From positions 32,001 through 96,000 of the forward strand of contig JAXMNT010000010.1 in assembly GCA_034670305.1 (NCBI GenBank): a stretch of 64,000 nt of DNA, in the 5' to 3' direction. Position 1 is the stretch's first letter; each line of letters opens with the position of its first letter. Positions 28,801 to 37,644 of the stretch are shown in pieces. The notes beneath the pieces are model-generated. The model worked only from the letters and a program-made list of their open reading frames with translations, was not told the DNA's origin and searched no databases. The position numbers and the translations under genes were made by a program. The stretch comes from Deltaproteobacteria bacterium (GTDB taxonomy: Bacteria; Myxococcota_A; Polyangia; Polyangiales; Houyiibacteriaceae).

Positions 28801-30624
28801 CTTGAGAATGAACATGCACTCTTCGCCCTGGAACTCCCACTGGTAGGCACCCGGGATCGGGTACTCGTCGTAGCTCGTGGGCCGGGCGGGCTCTTCGAAG
28901 CCGCCGACGTTCACGACCTGACAGTCGTACGGTTCGACCACACCCATCGCGGCCCACTCGTCGGGGCTGATGAAGGGGTCGAACTCGGCGCGGCAGTTGC
29001 CACTCGGGAGGACGTCCGGCGAACCTGCGAAGCAGTGCGCCGTCGGGTTGTCCGTCTGGGGCGACATGGTCACGGCGGTGTAGTCCGGCACGGTGAGGCC
29101 GCGCGCCGCGCGCCAGCCGCGCATGAACACTTCGTTCCAGTTGCCCATCGTCTCGAACGCGGTCTTGACGAGGTGCTTCGGGAAGGCGTCGTTCAGGTGG
29201 TAGGCCACCGGGCGCAGCTCACGGCTCGCGAGCGGGATCGTGCAGCGACGGGCCGAGCGGTCACAGCTCGAGCCGACTTCGCCGCCAGTGCCGTAGATGC
29301 CCGAGCACTGCCAGTCCGCGATGCAGGTCTGCTCCGTGAGGGACTCACGGAAGAAGTTGTGCTTCGGGCGGTAGAAGGTGAGCAGGTCGGTCTCGCCGTA
29401 GTCGGAGGTCAGGCCGCCGGAGCAGCTGTTGACTTCCATGTTGCAGGAGCGACCGCGCTGCATGTCGTAGCAGCGCATGCCGCCATCGGCGCAGTCCGCG
29501 CCGGCCGGGCACTCACAGAGCGAACCGAATCCACACTCGTCCGAGGTGGTGCAGGAGCTGGCTTCGACCAGGTCGCCACAGTGGGCGTCCGAGCCGCAGA
29601 ACAGGCCCTGCTCTTCGACCGGCTGTCCACCGCGCACGTAGGTGCGCTGGTAGGTGCGGAAGAGACCGAAGCGGTCGAACTCCGGGTGGTTCTGAACCGC
29701 CGCGGCGTAGGTGTGGTTCGGCGGCACGCGAAGGAACGCGGTCCGGACCGGCACAGCCAGGGTCTGACAGGGTCCGCCACCGATGAAGAGGCAGCTCTCG
29801 CCGGGCGAGAACATCGTCAGGGTCGTGAAGGACATGTAGTGAACGGCGTCGGCCATGTCGGCCGGCCACTCGTCGGCGAAGCGGTAGTCCGGGTCTTCCT
29901 GAACGCGGACGAACTGCGGTGCGAAGCTGTTCGGGAACTCGGATCCGAGGGCGCCGGGCTCCGCGATGAACGCGGCCGACTCGTGACGCCAGGAGCTGTT
30001 GAGGTCCTGGATGTAGTCGGTGATGAAAGCGAAGGACTGCGAGTGGTTCATGGACCAGTCGACGCGGATGAAGTCGCGCTCGTACCAGCGACGGTCCGTG
30101 GTGTTCTCCACGATGACGTTGGTGCGTTCACCGGTCAGCGCGCTGTACTCGTGGCGCACATCGACGTGCTCCTCGATGGCGAAGGCGGCGAGCGGCTGCC
30201 CGCGGAAGCCTTCGTCGCGGCCGTCGTCGTTGCCACCGTCGATCAGCTCGTAGCTGCGGTAGGCGTACAGGAAGTCCTCGTCGATGACCCACCGGATGCG
30301 TCCGATGGCGGCCGACTGGCCACTGTCGAGCGCAAGGTCCGTGAAGGCCGAGCCGCCGGGGAACATGTAGATGCTTGCGGCCGCACCGATGGAGACGGCA
30401 TCGCCGTCTGCATCGACCACGGACTGGAGCGTCCACCACTCACCTTCGAAGATGCCCTTGTCGACGAGGTTCTCCTGAACCCGGTTGACGGGGTCAGCCT
30501 CGATGTTGCAGCCGACCGTCGCGACCATCGAGATGGCGAGCAGGAGGCTGGAGAAGAAACGTTGCATGTTCGGTCTCGGAGCGGGGGTGGAGGAAGCGTA
30601 CGTAAGTGTGGTTTCGGTGTTCAT
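25834..30624 (-). CDS. large lipoprotein zinc metalloprotease (metzincin), paralog 2
   Basis: Lipobox TVGC; HEIGHSVGLRH; Met-turn SIMDY; start uncertain (30630, 30624 or later). Confidence 0.85.
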   Translation of the reverse strand: MNTETTLTYASSTPAPRPNMQRFFSSLLLAISMVATVGCNIEADPVNRVQENLVDKGIFEGEWWTLQSVVDADGDAVSIGAAASIYMFPGGSAFTDLALDSGQSAAIGRIRWVIDEDFLYAYRSYELIDGGNDDGRDEGFRGQPLAAFAIEEHVDVRHEYSALTGERTNVIVENTTDRRWYERDFIRVDWSMNHSQSFAFITDYIQDLNSSWRHESAAFIAEPGALGSEFPNSFAPQFVRVQEDPDYRFADEWPADMADAVHYMSFTTLTMFSPGESCLFIGGGPCQTLAVPVRTAFLRVPPNHTYAAAVQNHPEFDRFGLFRTYQRTYVRGGQPVEEQGLFCGSDAHCGDLVEASSCTTSDECGFGSLCECPAGADCADGGMRCYDMQRGRSCNMEVNSCSGGLTSDYGETDLLTFYRPKHNFFRESLTEQTCIADWQCSGIYGTGGEVGSSCDRSARRCTIPLASRELRPVAYHLNDAFPKHLVKTAFETMGNWNEVFMRGWRAARGLTVPDYTAVTMSPQTDNPTAHCFAGSPDVLPSGNCRAEFDPFISPDEWAAMGVVEPYDCQVVNVGGFEEPARPTSYDEYPIPGAYQWEFQGEECMFILKSNACDLNRTEEGQHCDEVVDANGDPVRWEQQGDIRYQFFNYIDEVSTLFGGVSELRSDPISGELITADANFGGVVAENITMVANEWLPVLRCLGDAGCAAGEEGAADRWVAGDSMREYYSNLGNTELPIRIAPSGGIGIGTDDPGRPAIEFAVGSARAEAFMETVHRALPKIERLHGTEGRAQIYSDRMRNLEGTSIERQLMGALGGESLVNSLGSTSQQTTAFTGLEDPMSEAMLDQTSPFRGNTAIQNRMRDQSINHQAGLVGYDFAELTDPRSFLRSRYWEYWAEAFRDRPLGEASIRLQQMQMKSVQHHEIGHSVGLRHNFGGSFDRNNYGDGYFNLALREGDRLELPRMEDFDENGDDFVGAEELDAYYAELRRVRNERARLGMHNYMTGSIMDYNGDLSDVSGLGRYDIAATVWNYFDQVEAYVGEPRDNPAIDPIFAPIHRTHETPRVWQSHYSGGESCIVDTDCPSNRVNVPGQEITQRCVRHPRYTRLPEPCGTDRNCICSNYDEDFKDYFDGVAYNNDITGPDGDPDGVRDFYPVSYMFGPDERAVDISWCSRFDAGESFQEAVDHFRRNWYERYAASYHRRFLARGPSMAASFGSVIDTAKMYQHLFFRLFFEPGFGSNAGPNSGPLGFDDQFAASVDGMNWLIELANLPDEGSYALNEAGTVYEHMGSDADMPGSDFTLGAGQGYGTWTQYQDGHQGFFRAERSGVFWDKFYALYALAIRDWNLSFTLDERYFINYYDLFGIPMTEFFGGIAIDEPTWYAPRVTMEAGEPVVNNMSWYRGLALGECRQGSSAVPCLGPQEEVYPEPALGGSSNVVLRSWATILALAQFPVFYDSSFEQRLIIFRKGDGTGHTIPDVQPNGDPACGLGEALRAGHNVVDPDVANGCDTPEDATYVVYNSDRLHTPYVAVKVRPRLAYNLEEEQLGFQLLKHLIERRDAIRDGTPTDDELRDLMQQESFLEYLIQLQAEYGISNSLGV

Positions 30625-30634
30625 CGTCATTTCC

Positions 30635-33600
30635 TCAGAATCGGAGGTAGCTACGAACACCGAACTGGTTCACCAGCTGGATGGTCTGGAAGAAGGAGGA
30701 CTCTTGGTCGCGGAGGTAGTCGTCCAGGCGGTCGACTTCGTCGTCGGCGAAGGTCAGGTCGTCGGGCAGCGTGTACCCGATCTCCGTGATTCGGGCCTGC
30801 TGCTCGGCGCTGAGGTTGTCGATGTCGAGCGGGTCGCCACCGAAGTCGCCGCGGAATGCGCGGACGGCCTCGAGAAGGAACTGCGTCTCATCGGCGCGCC
30901 GCACCATCTCGAATCCGAGCGAGCGCTGGTTCGGGACATCCGGACCGGGCTCGACGCGCCATGCGATGAAGGTCTTGCCGTAGCGCTCGCTGAAGAACCG
31001 AACGTAGTCCGCGTCTTCGACGGGCGTGCCGGGCGTGTACTCGACGTCGTCGTCGCTCGGCTCGAAGCAGGTGCCGTTGCCTTCGATGCAGACGAAGAGC
31101 TGACTCTGGAACGTCGTGTCGAAGAAGACCGGGAAGTCCGAGAGCGCGTACACCGATGCAAGGAACTGCAGGGTGACGTTGGCGCCCGCGTCGACGACCG
31201 GAAGGTCACCGAAGGTCTCTTCCGGCGAGGGACGACAGTCCGGCGAGCCTTCGCCGTCCGAGCAGTCGCCTCGGTAGAAGTCCATGTAGACGAGCTCGGG
31301 GTCGGTGCAGCGGGGTGCGACACCGCCGTTGCAGACGACGCGCGGCGCGATGGTCTCGGGTTCGCCGAGGATCATGCCTTCGAAGAGCTGGCCCATCTCG
31401 ACCGGGAAGAGGTCGTAGAAGTTGGTCCAGAAGGGGATGTCCCGCGTGTACTGCGAGGTGTAGCCACGCTGGGTGAGCATCTGCATCGTGAACCACTTCT
31501 CGTAGAAGGTTCCGATGAGCTCGATGCGCTGGATGCCCGTGAGACCGGCCTGGTACTCGGAGGACTCGTAGCGGGCCATGCCGAGCGGCAGGGCGAGCTG
31601 GGCACCGGGGCTGTCCGCGTCGTTGTTGTACTGACGGTAGCGGTCCCAGCCGCGGTCGTAGCGGTACGCACCGATGCCGGGCTGCGCCATGACCTTCGCG
31701 AAGAAGTTCAGGATGTCGGCGGTGGCCAGGAACTGGTCCTGGAAGCCGAACGGCCCCGTCGTGTTCCGGAACTCGGGATCCTCTTGGTAGTTGTAGAGGA
31801 GGTTCTGGAAGATCGACATCAGGATGTTGAACTGACGACCGATGAGGCGGTTGAAGAGGTAGCCGCCGAGGCTGAACGTCCGGCGGTAGCGGCGGAAGTT
31901 CGTGAAGAGGTACTGGCGGTCGTACTGTTCCGAGATGTTGGCGACGATCTCGCGGTAGCTGTCGCCCTCATCGAAGCGGTGACAGTCGGCGCGGGTGCCG
32001 ACGCGATCGTCGGTGCAGAAGTTGTAGGCGACCGGCGCGTAGCGCGGGGTGGCCCCACCGGCGGCGAGCTGGGCGGCGTCGGCGTCGAAGTTGCTGCAGA
32101 TGTTGCCGAAGGCGGCACCGTTCGGGTGGGCGCCACAGGTCTGGGTCAGACCGGCGTCGCGGTTCGCCTGAACGAGGTCCGCCGACATGCTGCCACTGGC
32201 CGAGAAGGGACACTCCGCGTCGGTGTTGCAGGTCTCACCACCCTGGTACCACTTGGCCCAGATGCGGGGGGTGTTCTCCGGGTTGATGTCGTCGATGCTG
32301 GTGAGCGCGGCGTTGTCGTAGACCTCGACGAGCTGACCGTAGGCGAAGGAGATGGCCGCGTCGTCGTAACGACCGGTGCCCTGGCTTCCGCCACCGACAC
32401 GCTCGTACCACTGCGCGGTGTAGTCCATCGTGGACGTGTCCATGTAGCGGTCGATGCCGGCGAGTTCGCGGCGTTCCTTGGCCGCGTCGTACTCACGCTG
32501 GAAGTTCTGCTGCTCGTCCGGGTTGAGGCCGTTCGTGCCGTCCAGGTCGAAGTCGGCCGGGTCGGGGATCGGGATGGCCCGGTCGATCATGTAGTAGTTG
32601 TCGTCGTAGTTCGCGCGGTCCGTGCTCGCGGCGAAGCTGTGACGAAGGCCAAGGCAGTGACCGAGCTCGTGGAGCTGCGTCTGGTAGTAGAGCAGCTGGT
32701 TGAGGACGATCTCGAGACGGGCGCGGGGCCAGTCGCGGTGGCGCTGCACGAAGTCGAGCACGGAGTTGTCCGTGAACTCGTTCGGCATCATCACGTTGGC
32801 TTCGCCGATCTTCTGTTCCACTTCGTTCTGGTAACGAAGCAGGTCGAAGGCGCTGTTGCGGAACGGGGAGACCCGGTCGAGCATGCCTTCGTTGATGTCG
32901 CCCGGGCCGTAGCCTTCGGGCAGACGATCGATGCCGGCCATCATGAGCGTCTCGTGGTTTTCCATGAGACGACGCTCGATGTCGGTGCCCGCGAGGGTCG
33001 CGAGACGGTCGCTGAAGATGTTCGCGCGGCCTTCGGCGCCCTCGAGGCGCTCCGCTCGGCCGACGAACGCTTCCATGCGACGGTCGATCATGCTGCGGTC
33101 GATGAGGTCCGGGCGCGCGCTGGCGACCGAGAAGTCCTCGCGAGGCGGGAACGGGTTCTGGACGTTGCCGAGGTTCTCGAGGTAGCCGCGAACGTCTTCA
33201 CCGATGAGGAACTCGCGGTCCGTGACCGTGTCGTTGATGAGGTCGTACGCCTGGAGCGCCGAGGTGCGGTAGCCATCGAGGGCCGGTCCGCCGATGTTGG
33301 CGTCGCCCGTGATGATCTCGCCCGTGACGGGGTCGCCACGCAGGGTGGCCACACCGAGGAAGCCGGTGCCGGGCTGGTCGACGTAGCTGAGGAACTTGTA
33401 GCGGGCGTCGCCACGCTCCTGGCAGTTGAGGACCTCGTCGTCGCCGGCCGCCGCGAGAGACGCGCGGTTGCAGGTGTTGATGCGAAGTTCGACGACACAC
33501 TCGTCACCGAGCATCTCCGAACCGAACCAGCCCATGAAGTCGCCGTCGCTCAGGTCCGGCTTGTTGATGTCGGGCTGCGCGCCTTCCGGAACCTGCACGT

Positions 33601-34984
33601 GGCACTGGTACGGGTTGGCGACGCCAGCGGCGGCCGCGGCTTCAGGCGTGCTGAAGGGGTCGTATCCACCGTGGCAGGTCGGGTTGAGGACGTCGCCGGT
33701 GGCGCTGTCCCGAATGCAGAAGCAGTAGCCGTCCGGGTCGGCTTCCTGACAGGAGACGTCGGGGAAGCTCGGAAGCTCCTGGCCACGCAAGCTGCGGACC
33801 GTCCGCATGTAGACTTCGTTCCAGCGGCTGATGAGGTCGAAGCTCGGCTGCACGAGGTGCGCCGGAAGTTCGGGGGTCGTGAGCCAGACGCTCTTGCGGA
33901 CGCGACGCTCGGCGTACGGGACCGGCGTGCCGTCCTCGGTGATCCAGTCCTGCCAGATGTTCTGACGGTTCGCGCCGTAGTTCATGAAGTCGGTGCGGCC
34001 CCAGCTCGGGTCCTCGGCCGACGTGGAGCGGTCGAAGGTGTTGCGCTCGAGGCGGAAGTAGCCGTGGCGGTCGAAGCGGGTGTCGTTCCAGTTGACGGCC
34101 TGGTACTGGCGGCGCGGCGAGATCTTGAGGAACGAGTTCCGGATGTAGGCGGCGGTGGTCACACACGCGGGTGCGTCGCCGTAGGGCGACACACACCAGT
34201 TGACCGGCCGGCCGCTGAACGGATCCGGCACGTTGCCCGGGGAGAGGAGCTCCTGGGTGACGAAGCTGAAGTGGTAGAGTTCGCCCTGCTCGTAGTCGCC
34301 CGCGTAGTCGCGCTCGTTCGGGTCGCAGGTCTCGGACTCGTCCTCGAGACCCTGGCACTGCATGAACTGGAACTGGGGGCGCCAGCTGTCGGGGAACTCC
34401 GAGGAACCCTGCACGAAGAGGTCGGCCGGCTCGCGGTTGTAGAAGCCGATCACTTCGTACAGGTTCGCGATCTGACCGTAGTAGCCGGGCAGGTTGTTCT
34501 TGGACCAGTCGACCCGCATGTACTGGCGCTCGTACCAGCGGCGGTCGGTGGTCTGCTCGACGACGACGTTCCGCTCTTCGCCCGTCTGCGCGTTGTAATC
34601 GCGGCGGATGTCGAAGTGGGAGTCGATGCCGAAGGCTGCGACCGGGTGGCCGAGCTGCTCGCCCGCCTCCGAGTCGCGGTTGATGCCCTCGATGATCTCG
34701 TAGTCGCGGAATGCGTAGAGCATGTCCGCGTCGATCACCCAGCGAATGCGGGGCATGACGCCGAGGTCGCTGCCGACGAAGTCGATGGCTGCGTCACCCG
34801 GGTAGGTGCCGATGCCAGCGGCCTCGTAGTCCACGTCGATGACGACGCGGGAGTAGTACCAGGAGCCCGTGAACAGACCCTTGTCGACGACGTTGACGCC
34901 GACGCGGTTGACCGCGGTGGGGTCGTCGCACGCGCTGGTGAGCAACAACGCGAGAAGGGTGATCGGGAGGAGCGAGCGCTTCAT
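30635..34984 (-). CDS. large lipoprotein zinc metalloprotease (metzincin), paralog 1
   Basis: Lipobox TSAC; HELGHCLGLRH; Met-turn STMDY; GGAGG RBS. Confidence 0.85.
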   Translation of the reverse strand: MKRSLLPITLLALLLTSACDDPTAVNRVGVNVVDKGLFTGSWYYSRVVIDVDYEAAGIGTYPGDAAIDFVGSDLGVMPRIRWVIDADMLYAFRDYEIIEGINRDSEAGEQLGHPVAAFGIDSHFDIRRDYNAQTGEERNVVVEQTTDRRWYERQYMRVDWSKNNLPGYYGQIANLYEVIGFYNREPADLFVQGSSEFPDSWRPQFQFMQCQGLEDESETCDPNERDYAGDYEQGELYHFSFVTQELLSPGNVPDPFSGRPVNWCVSPYGDAPACVTTAAYIRNSFLKISPRRQYQAVNWNDTRFDRHGYFRLERNTFDRSTSAEDPSWGRTDFMNYGANRQNIWQDWITEDGTPVPYAERRVRKSVWLTTPELPAHLVQPSFDLISRWNEVYMRTVRSLRGQELPSFPDVSCQEADPDGYCFCIRDSATGDVLNPTCHGGYDPFSTPEAAAAAGVANPYQCHVQVPEGAQPDINKPDLSDGDFMGWFGSEMLGDECVVELRINTCNRASLAAAGDDEVLNCQERGDARYKFLSYVDQPGTGFLGVATLRGDPVTGEIITGDANIGGPALDGYRTSALQAYDLINDTVTDREFLIGEDVRGYLENLGNVQNPFPPREDFSVASARPDLIDRSMIDRRMEAFVGRAERLEGAEGRANIFSDRLATLAGTDIERRLMENHETLMMAGIDRLPEGYGPGDINEGMLDRVSPFRNSAFDLLRYQNEVEQKIGEANVMMPNEFTDNSVLDFVQRHRDWPRARLEIVLNQLLYYQTQLHELGHCLGLRHSFAASTDRANYDDNYYMIDRAIPIPDPADFDLDGTNGLNPDEQQNFQREYDAAKERRELAGIDRYMDTSTMDYTAQWYERVGGGSQGTGRYDDAAISFAYGQLVEVYDNAALTSIDDINPENTPRIWAKWYQGGETCNTDAECPFSASGSMSADLVQANRDAGLTQTCGAHPNGAAFGNICSNFDADAAQLAAGGATPRYAPVAYNFCTDDRVGTRADCHRFDEGDSYREIVANISEQYDRQYLFTNFRRYRRTFSLGGYLFNRLIGRQFNILMSIFQNLLYNYQEDPEFRNTTGPFGFQDQFLATADILNFFAKVMAQPGIGAYRYDRGWDRYRQYNNDADSPGAQLALPLGMARYESSEYQAGLTGIQRIELIGTFYEKWFTMQMLTQRGYTSQYTRDIPFWTNFYDLFPVEMGQLFEGMILGEPETIAPRVVCNGGVAPRCTDPELVYMDFYRGDCSDGEGSPDCRPSPEETFGDLPVVDAGANVTLQFLASVYALSDFPVFFDTTFQSQLFVCIEGNGTCFEPSDDDVEYTPGTPVEDADYVRFFSERYGKTFIAWRVEPGPDVPNQRSLGFEMVRRADETQFLLEAVRAFRGDFGGDPLDIDNLSAEQQARITEIGYTLPDDLTFADDEVDRLDDYLRDQESSFFQTIQLVNQFGVRSYLRF

Positions 34985-35096
34985 CAAAAAGGCCTCCGGG
35001 ACACGGGTCCCAAAAATCAGGCGGAACAAATCGAAAGCAGGGCGCGTCAGAAGACGCACGATGAGAGGCGGGTGGATACCGCCCGGGGCCGTATAT

Positions 35097-35112
35097 CGCA
35101 ACCCGCGTGCCA
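35097..35112 (-). promoter_or_regulatory. sigma54 -24/-12 promoter of the metalloprotease pair
   Basis: Minus strand TGGCAC-GCGGG-TTGCG, ~110 nt upstream of the ATG. Confidence 0.7.
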
Positions 35113-35312
35113 GGTAGGGTGTGACCGATCGCAAGGCTGCGAGATGACGCCGTTTTTTCCGAACGGGCCCACATGTACGCGGCAGGTCGTTCGCGACAGT
35201 TTGTCTCGCGCAGCGAAGATCGCGTCGGATCACCCGCGGATCCCGGCGTCAGTTCTCTGACGATCGGTAAAAACGCGGGAAAGTCGGCCTGTGGGTGCTA
35301 GCGTCCCGCCGC

Positions 35313-36023
35313 ATGCGCGAAGTCGAATTGGGTGGGCTGAAGGTCCGGTTGGTCGGTGGTGAGGACCGCGAGGGCGGCGGGGATGGACCGCTCGTCGTGC
35401 TCTTTCACGGATTCGGAGCGCCGGGGACCGACCTGGTCGCCCTGCATCGTGTGATGGATGTCACACGCAGAACCCGGTACGCGTTCCCCGAGGCCCCGAA
35501 CGACCTCGGTCCTGCCTATGGACATGGCCGCGCATGGTGGCTGCTGGACGCGGCGAAGCTCCAGCAGGCCATGATGACCGGGGTGCCGCGTGACCTGCGC
35601 GACGAGGATCCCGAAGCGCTTGGGCCACTCCGGGATCAGGTGACGGAGATGCTGGATGGCCTGACGGCAGAGCTCGGTCCGAGTCACCTGGTGCTCGGTG
35701 GATTCTCCCAGGGCGCCATGCTCGCCACCGAGATGACCTTGAGCACGCCGCGGAAGATCGATGGTCTCGTCTTGTGGAGTGGCGCCTACCTCGCCGGTCC
35801 CCGCTGGACCGCGGCGATGCCGGGCCGAGTGGCGGACCTGCCCGTGTATCAGAGCCACGGCAACATGGACCCGCTCCTCTCCTTCGAAGGCGCCGGCGCA
35901 CTGCGCGACGCCCTGTCGGCGGCGGGCGCAAAGATCACGTTCCAAGAGTTCCGCGGCGCCCACGAGATCCCGAGCCAGGTCATCGACGGAACCAGCGCGA
36001 TGCTCGAGTCCATCTTCGACTGA
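35313..36023 (+). CDS. phospholipase/carboxylesterase family alpha/beta hydrolase
   Basis: FHGFGA, GFSQG nucleophile, HGNMDP, GAHEI. Confidence 0.9.
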   Translation: MREVELGGLKVRLVGGEDREGGGDGPLVVLFHGFGAPGTDLVALHRVMDVTRRTRYAFPEAPNDLGPAYGHGRAWWLLDAAKLQQAMMTGVPRDLRDEDPEALGPLRDQVTEMLDGLTAELGPSHLVLGGFSQGAMLATEMTLSTPRKIDGLVLWSGAYLAGPRWTAAMPGRVADLPVYQSHGNMDPLLSFEGAGALRDALSAAGAKITFQEFRGAHEIPSQVIDGTSAMLESIFD

Positions 36024-36109
36024 CCCCAATCTCAACGTGAAGGTGCCCAGGTGGGGAGGAGGCCGCAGGCCGGGAGGGGGAACGCTTCCCCCTCAGAAAC
36101 AACGGACGC

Positions 36110-36383
36110 CGAATTAGGGCCGCCAGTCCCGCGAAGCGGGCCAGGCCACGCCCAGCGCCAGCGAGTCAGGCATTTCCACCCGTGCACCTGCGCAGCCCGC
36201 AGGGCGAGCAACTGGTGCACTCCCCAAGTGCGTCGCAGAGCGCCTCAAGGAGCGCGTGGACGCGCGCAGCCGCCAGATGCTCCAAGTGCTCTTCAACTGT
36301 ACTCGGAGAGCATGGGCGGCGAGCACGTGCACGCAGCGACGGGCGCGAATTAGGGCCGCCAGTCCCGCGAAGCGGGCCAGGCC
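36110..36383. repeat. pair of perfect 38-bp direct repeats, 198 bp apart
   Basis: CGAATTAGGGCCGCCAGTCCCGCGAAGCGGGCCAGGCC at 36110-36147 and 36346-36383. Confidence 0.9.
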
Positions 36384-36396
36384 CGTAGTGGATCAA

Positions 36397-37644
36397 CTAG
36401 AGCCCTCGGCGGAGCGACCAGAGCAGCGGTAGGTAGAGCAGGCTCAGCACGGTGGCGGCTGCGAACACTGGGACGATGCCGTGGTGGTCGCCCACCAGTC
36501 CTGCGACCGGACCCGTGGGCATCTTGCCGAAGACCTCGATGCTCGCCAGCACGGTGAAGTGGGTCGCGCCGACCCGCCGATCGACCTTGGACATCATGAA
36601 CGCGAACATGACGGTGGTGAGTGCCCCACCGAAGAACGCTTCTGCACACGTGACCGCGATGATGGCGGCATCGCTCGGGTCGCCGGCGACCGCGAGCGCC
36701 CACTGCGCGCCGTGGGGCACCACGCGCAAACACGCGGTGAGCGCCAGCGCATGCAAAAGGCGGAGCCGCAGGGCGAGCAGCCCACCGACCACGCTGCCGA
36801 AGAGCGAGCAGCCCATACCCCAGGTGCCGAGCCAGAGCCCCAGCGTCTCCGGCGTGCGGCCTTGGTCGACGAGGTAGGGACCCCACACCGAGTCGGCCAT
36901 CTTCTCGCCGATCTTGTAGGTTGCCACGACGACCGCGAGCGCCCACGTGTCCCGGCCGAAGACGGCTTTGCGCAGCAGCGTCCAGAACGGGGTCTCCGGT
37001 GCGTCGGGATCGGACTCGGCGGGAGGGCGCGCTTCTGGCTCTCGCTGGGTCCACGAGATGCCGAACGCCAGCAAGGTCAGCCCGGACATGCTGGCGAAGA
37101 GCCCCGGCCACCCGATCCACTTGCTCGCCCAGACGAGCAGCCCGCCCCCGAGCAACATGCCGATCTTGAAGCCGACGACCTGCGCGGTGTTGCCGAGCCC
37201 GAGGTGTCGGCGGTCCAGCAGATCCACCGCGAGACCGTCCACTGCGACATCCAGTGTGGCGGCGACGAGGTTGGCGGAGAACACGAGCCCGAGCAGCAGG
37301 CCGAGCGTGCGATCCGGCGATGCGAACGCGGCGCAGGCGCACACGGCAGCGAGCAGGAGCTGCATCGGCAGGATCCAAGATCGACGGCGTCCCCACCGAG
37401 GGCAGTGGTGGCGATCGACCACCGGCGCCCAGAGCACCTTGAACAGCCATGGCAGCGCGAGCAGATCGAGCAGCGCGATCTCGGTGAGGCTGACTCCGCT
37501 TGCGCGAAGGTAGGCGGGCAGCGCGGTGGCCTGAAATCCGAACGGCAGTCCCTGCACCACGTAGAGTGACGCGAGCCAGCCGAGGTGGGTCCATCGCAGC
37601 GGCCGCTCGGGTGGGTCTTCGATGTCCTCCCCGCTCCGGGTCAC
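36397..37644 (-). CDS. MFS transporter (AmpG/RhtX/FptX-like)
   Basis: LYVVQGLPFGF, LPWLFKVLWAPVVDR, RRRSWI, ATLDVAVDG; multi-TM; GTGA overlap. Confidence 0.85.
   Translation of the reverse strand: MTRSGEDIEDPPERPLRWTHLGWLASLYVVQGLPFGFQATALPAYLRASGVSLTEIALLDLLALPWLFKVLWAPVVDRHHCPRWGRRRSWILPMQLLLAAVCACAAFASPDRTLGLLLGLVFSANLVAATLDVAVDGLAVDLLDRRHLGLGNTAQVVGFKIGMLLGGGLLVWASKWIGWPGLFASMSGLTLLAFGISWTQREPEARPPAESDPDAPETPFWTLLRKAVFGRDTWALAVVVATYKIGEKMADSVWGPYLVDQGRTPETLGLWLGTWGMGCSLFGSVVGGLLALRLRLLHALALTACLRVVPHGAQWALAVAGDPSDAAIIAVTCAEAFFGGALTTVMFAFMMSKVDRRVGATHFTVLASIEVFGKMPTGPVAGLVGDHHGIVPVFAAATVLSLLYLPLLWSLRRGL

Noticed and set aside
25306-35260. Very long plus-strand ORFs (1827 and 1591 aa) opposite the metalloproteases
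   Set aside because: Antisense shadows of GC-biased genes with no recognisable motifs; the same applies to 943-3039, 5516-7573, 11001-13838 and similar ORFs
36110-36383. Possible CRISPR array or integron attC cassette
   Set aside because: Only two repeats, a 198-bp spacer and no cas genes; no matching RYYYAAC/GTTRRRY pair and no integrase
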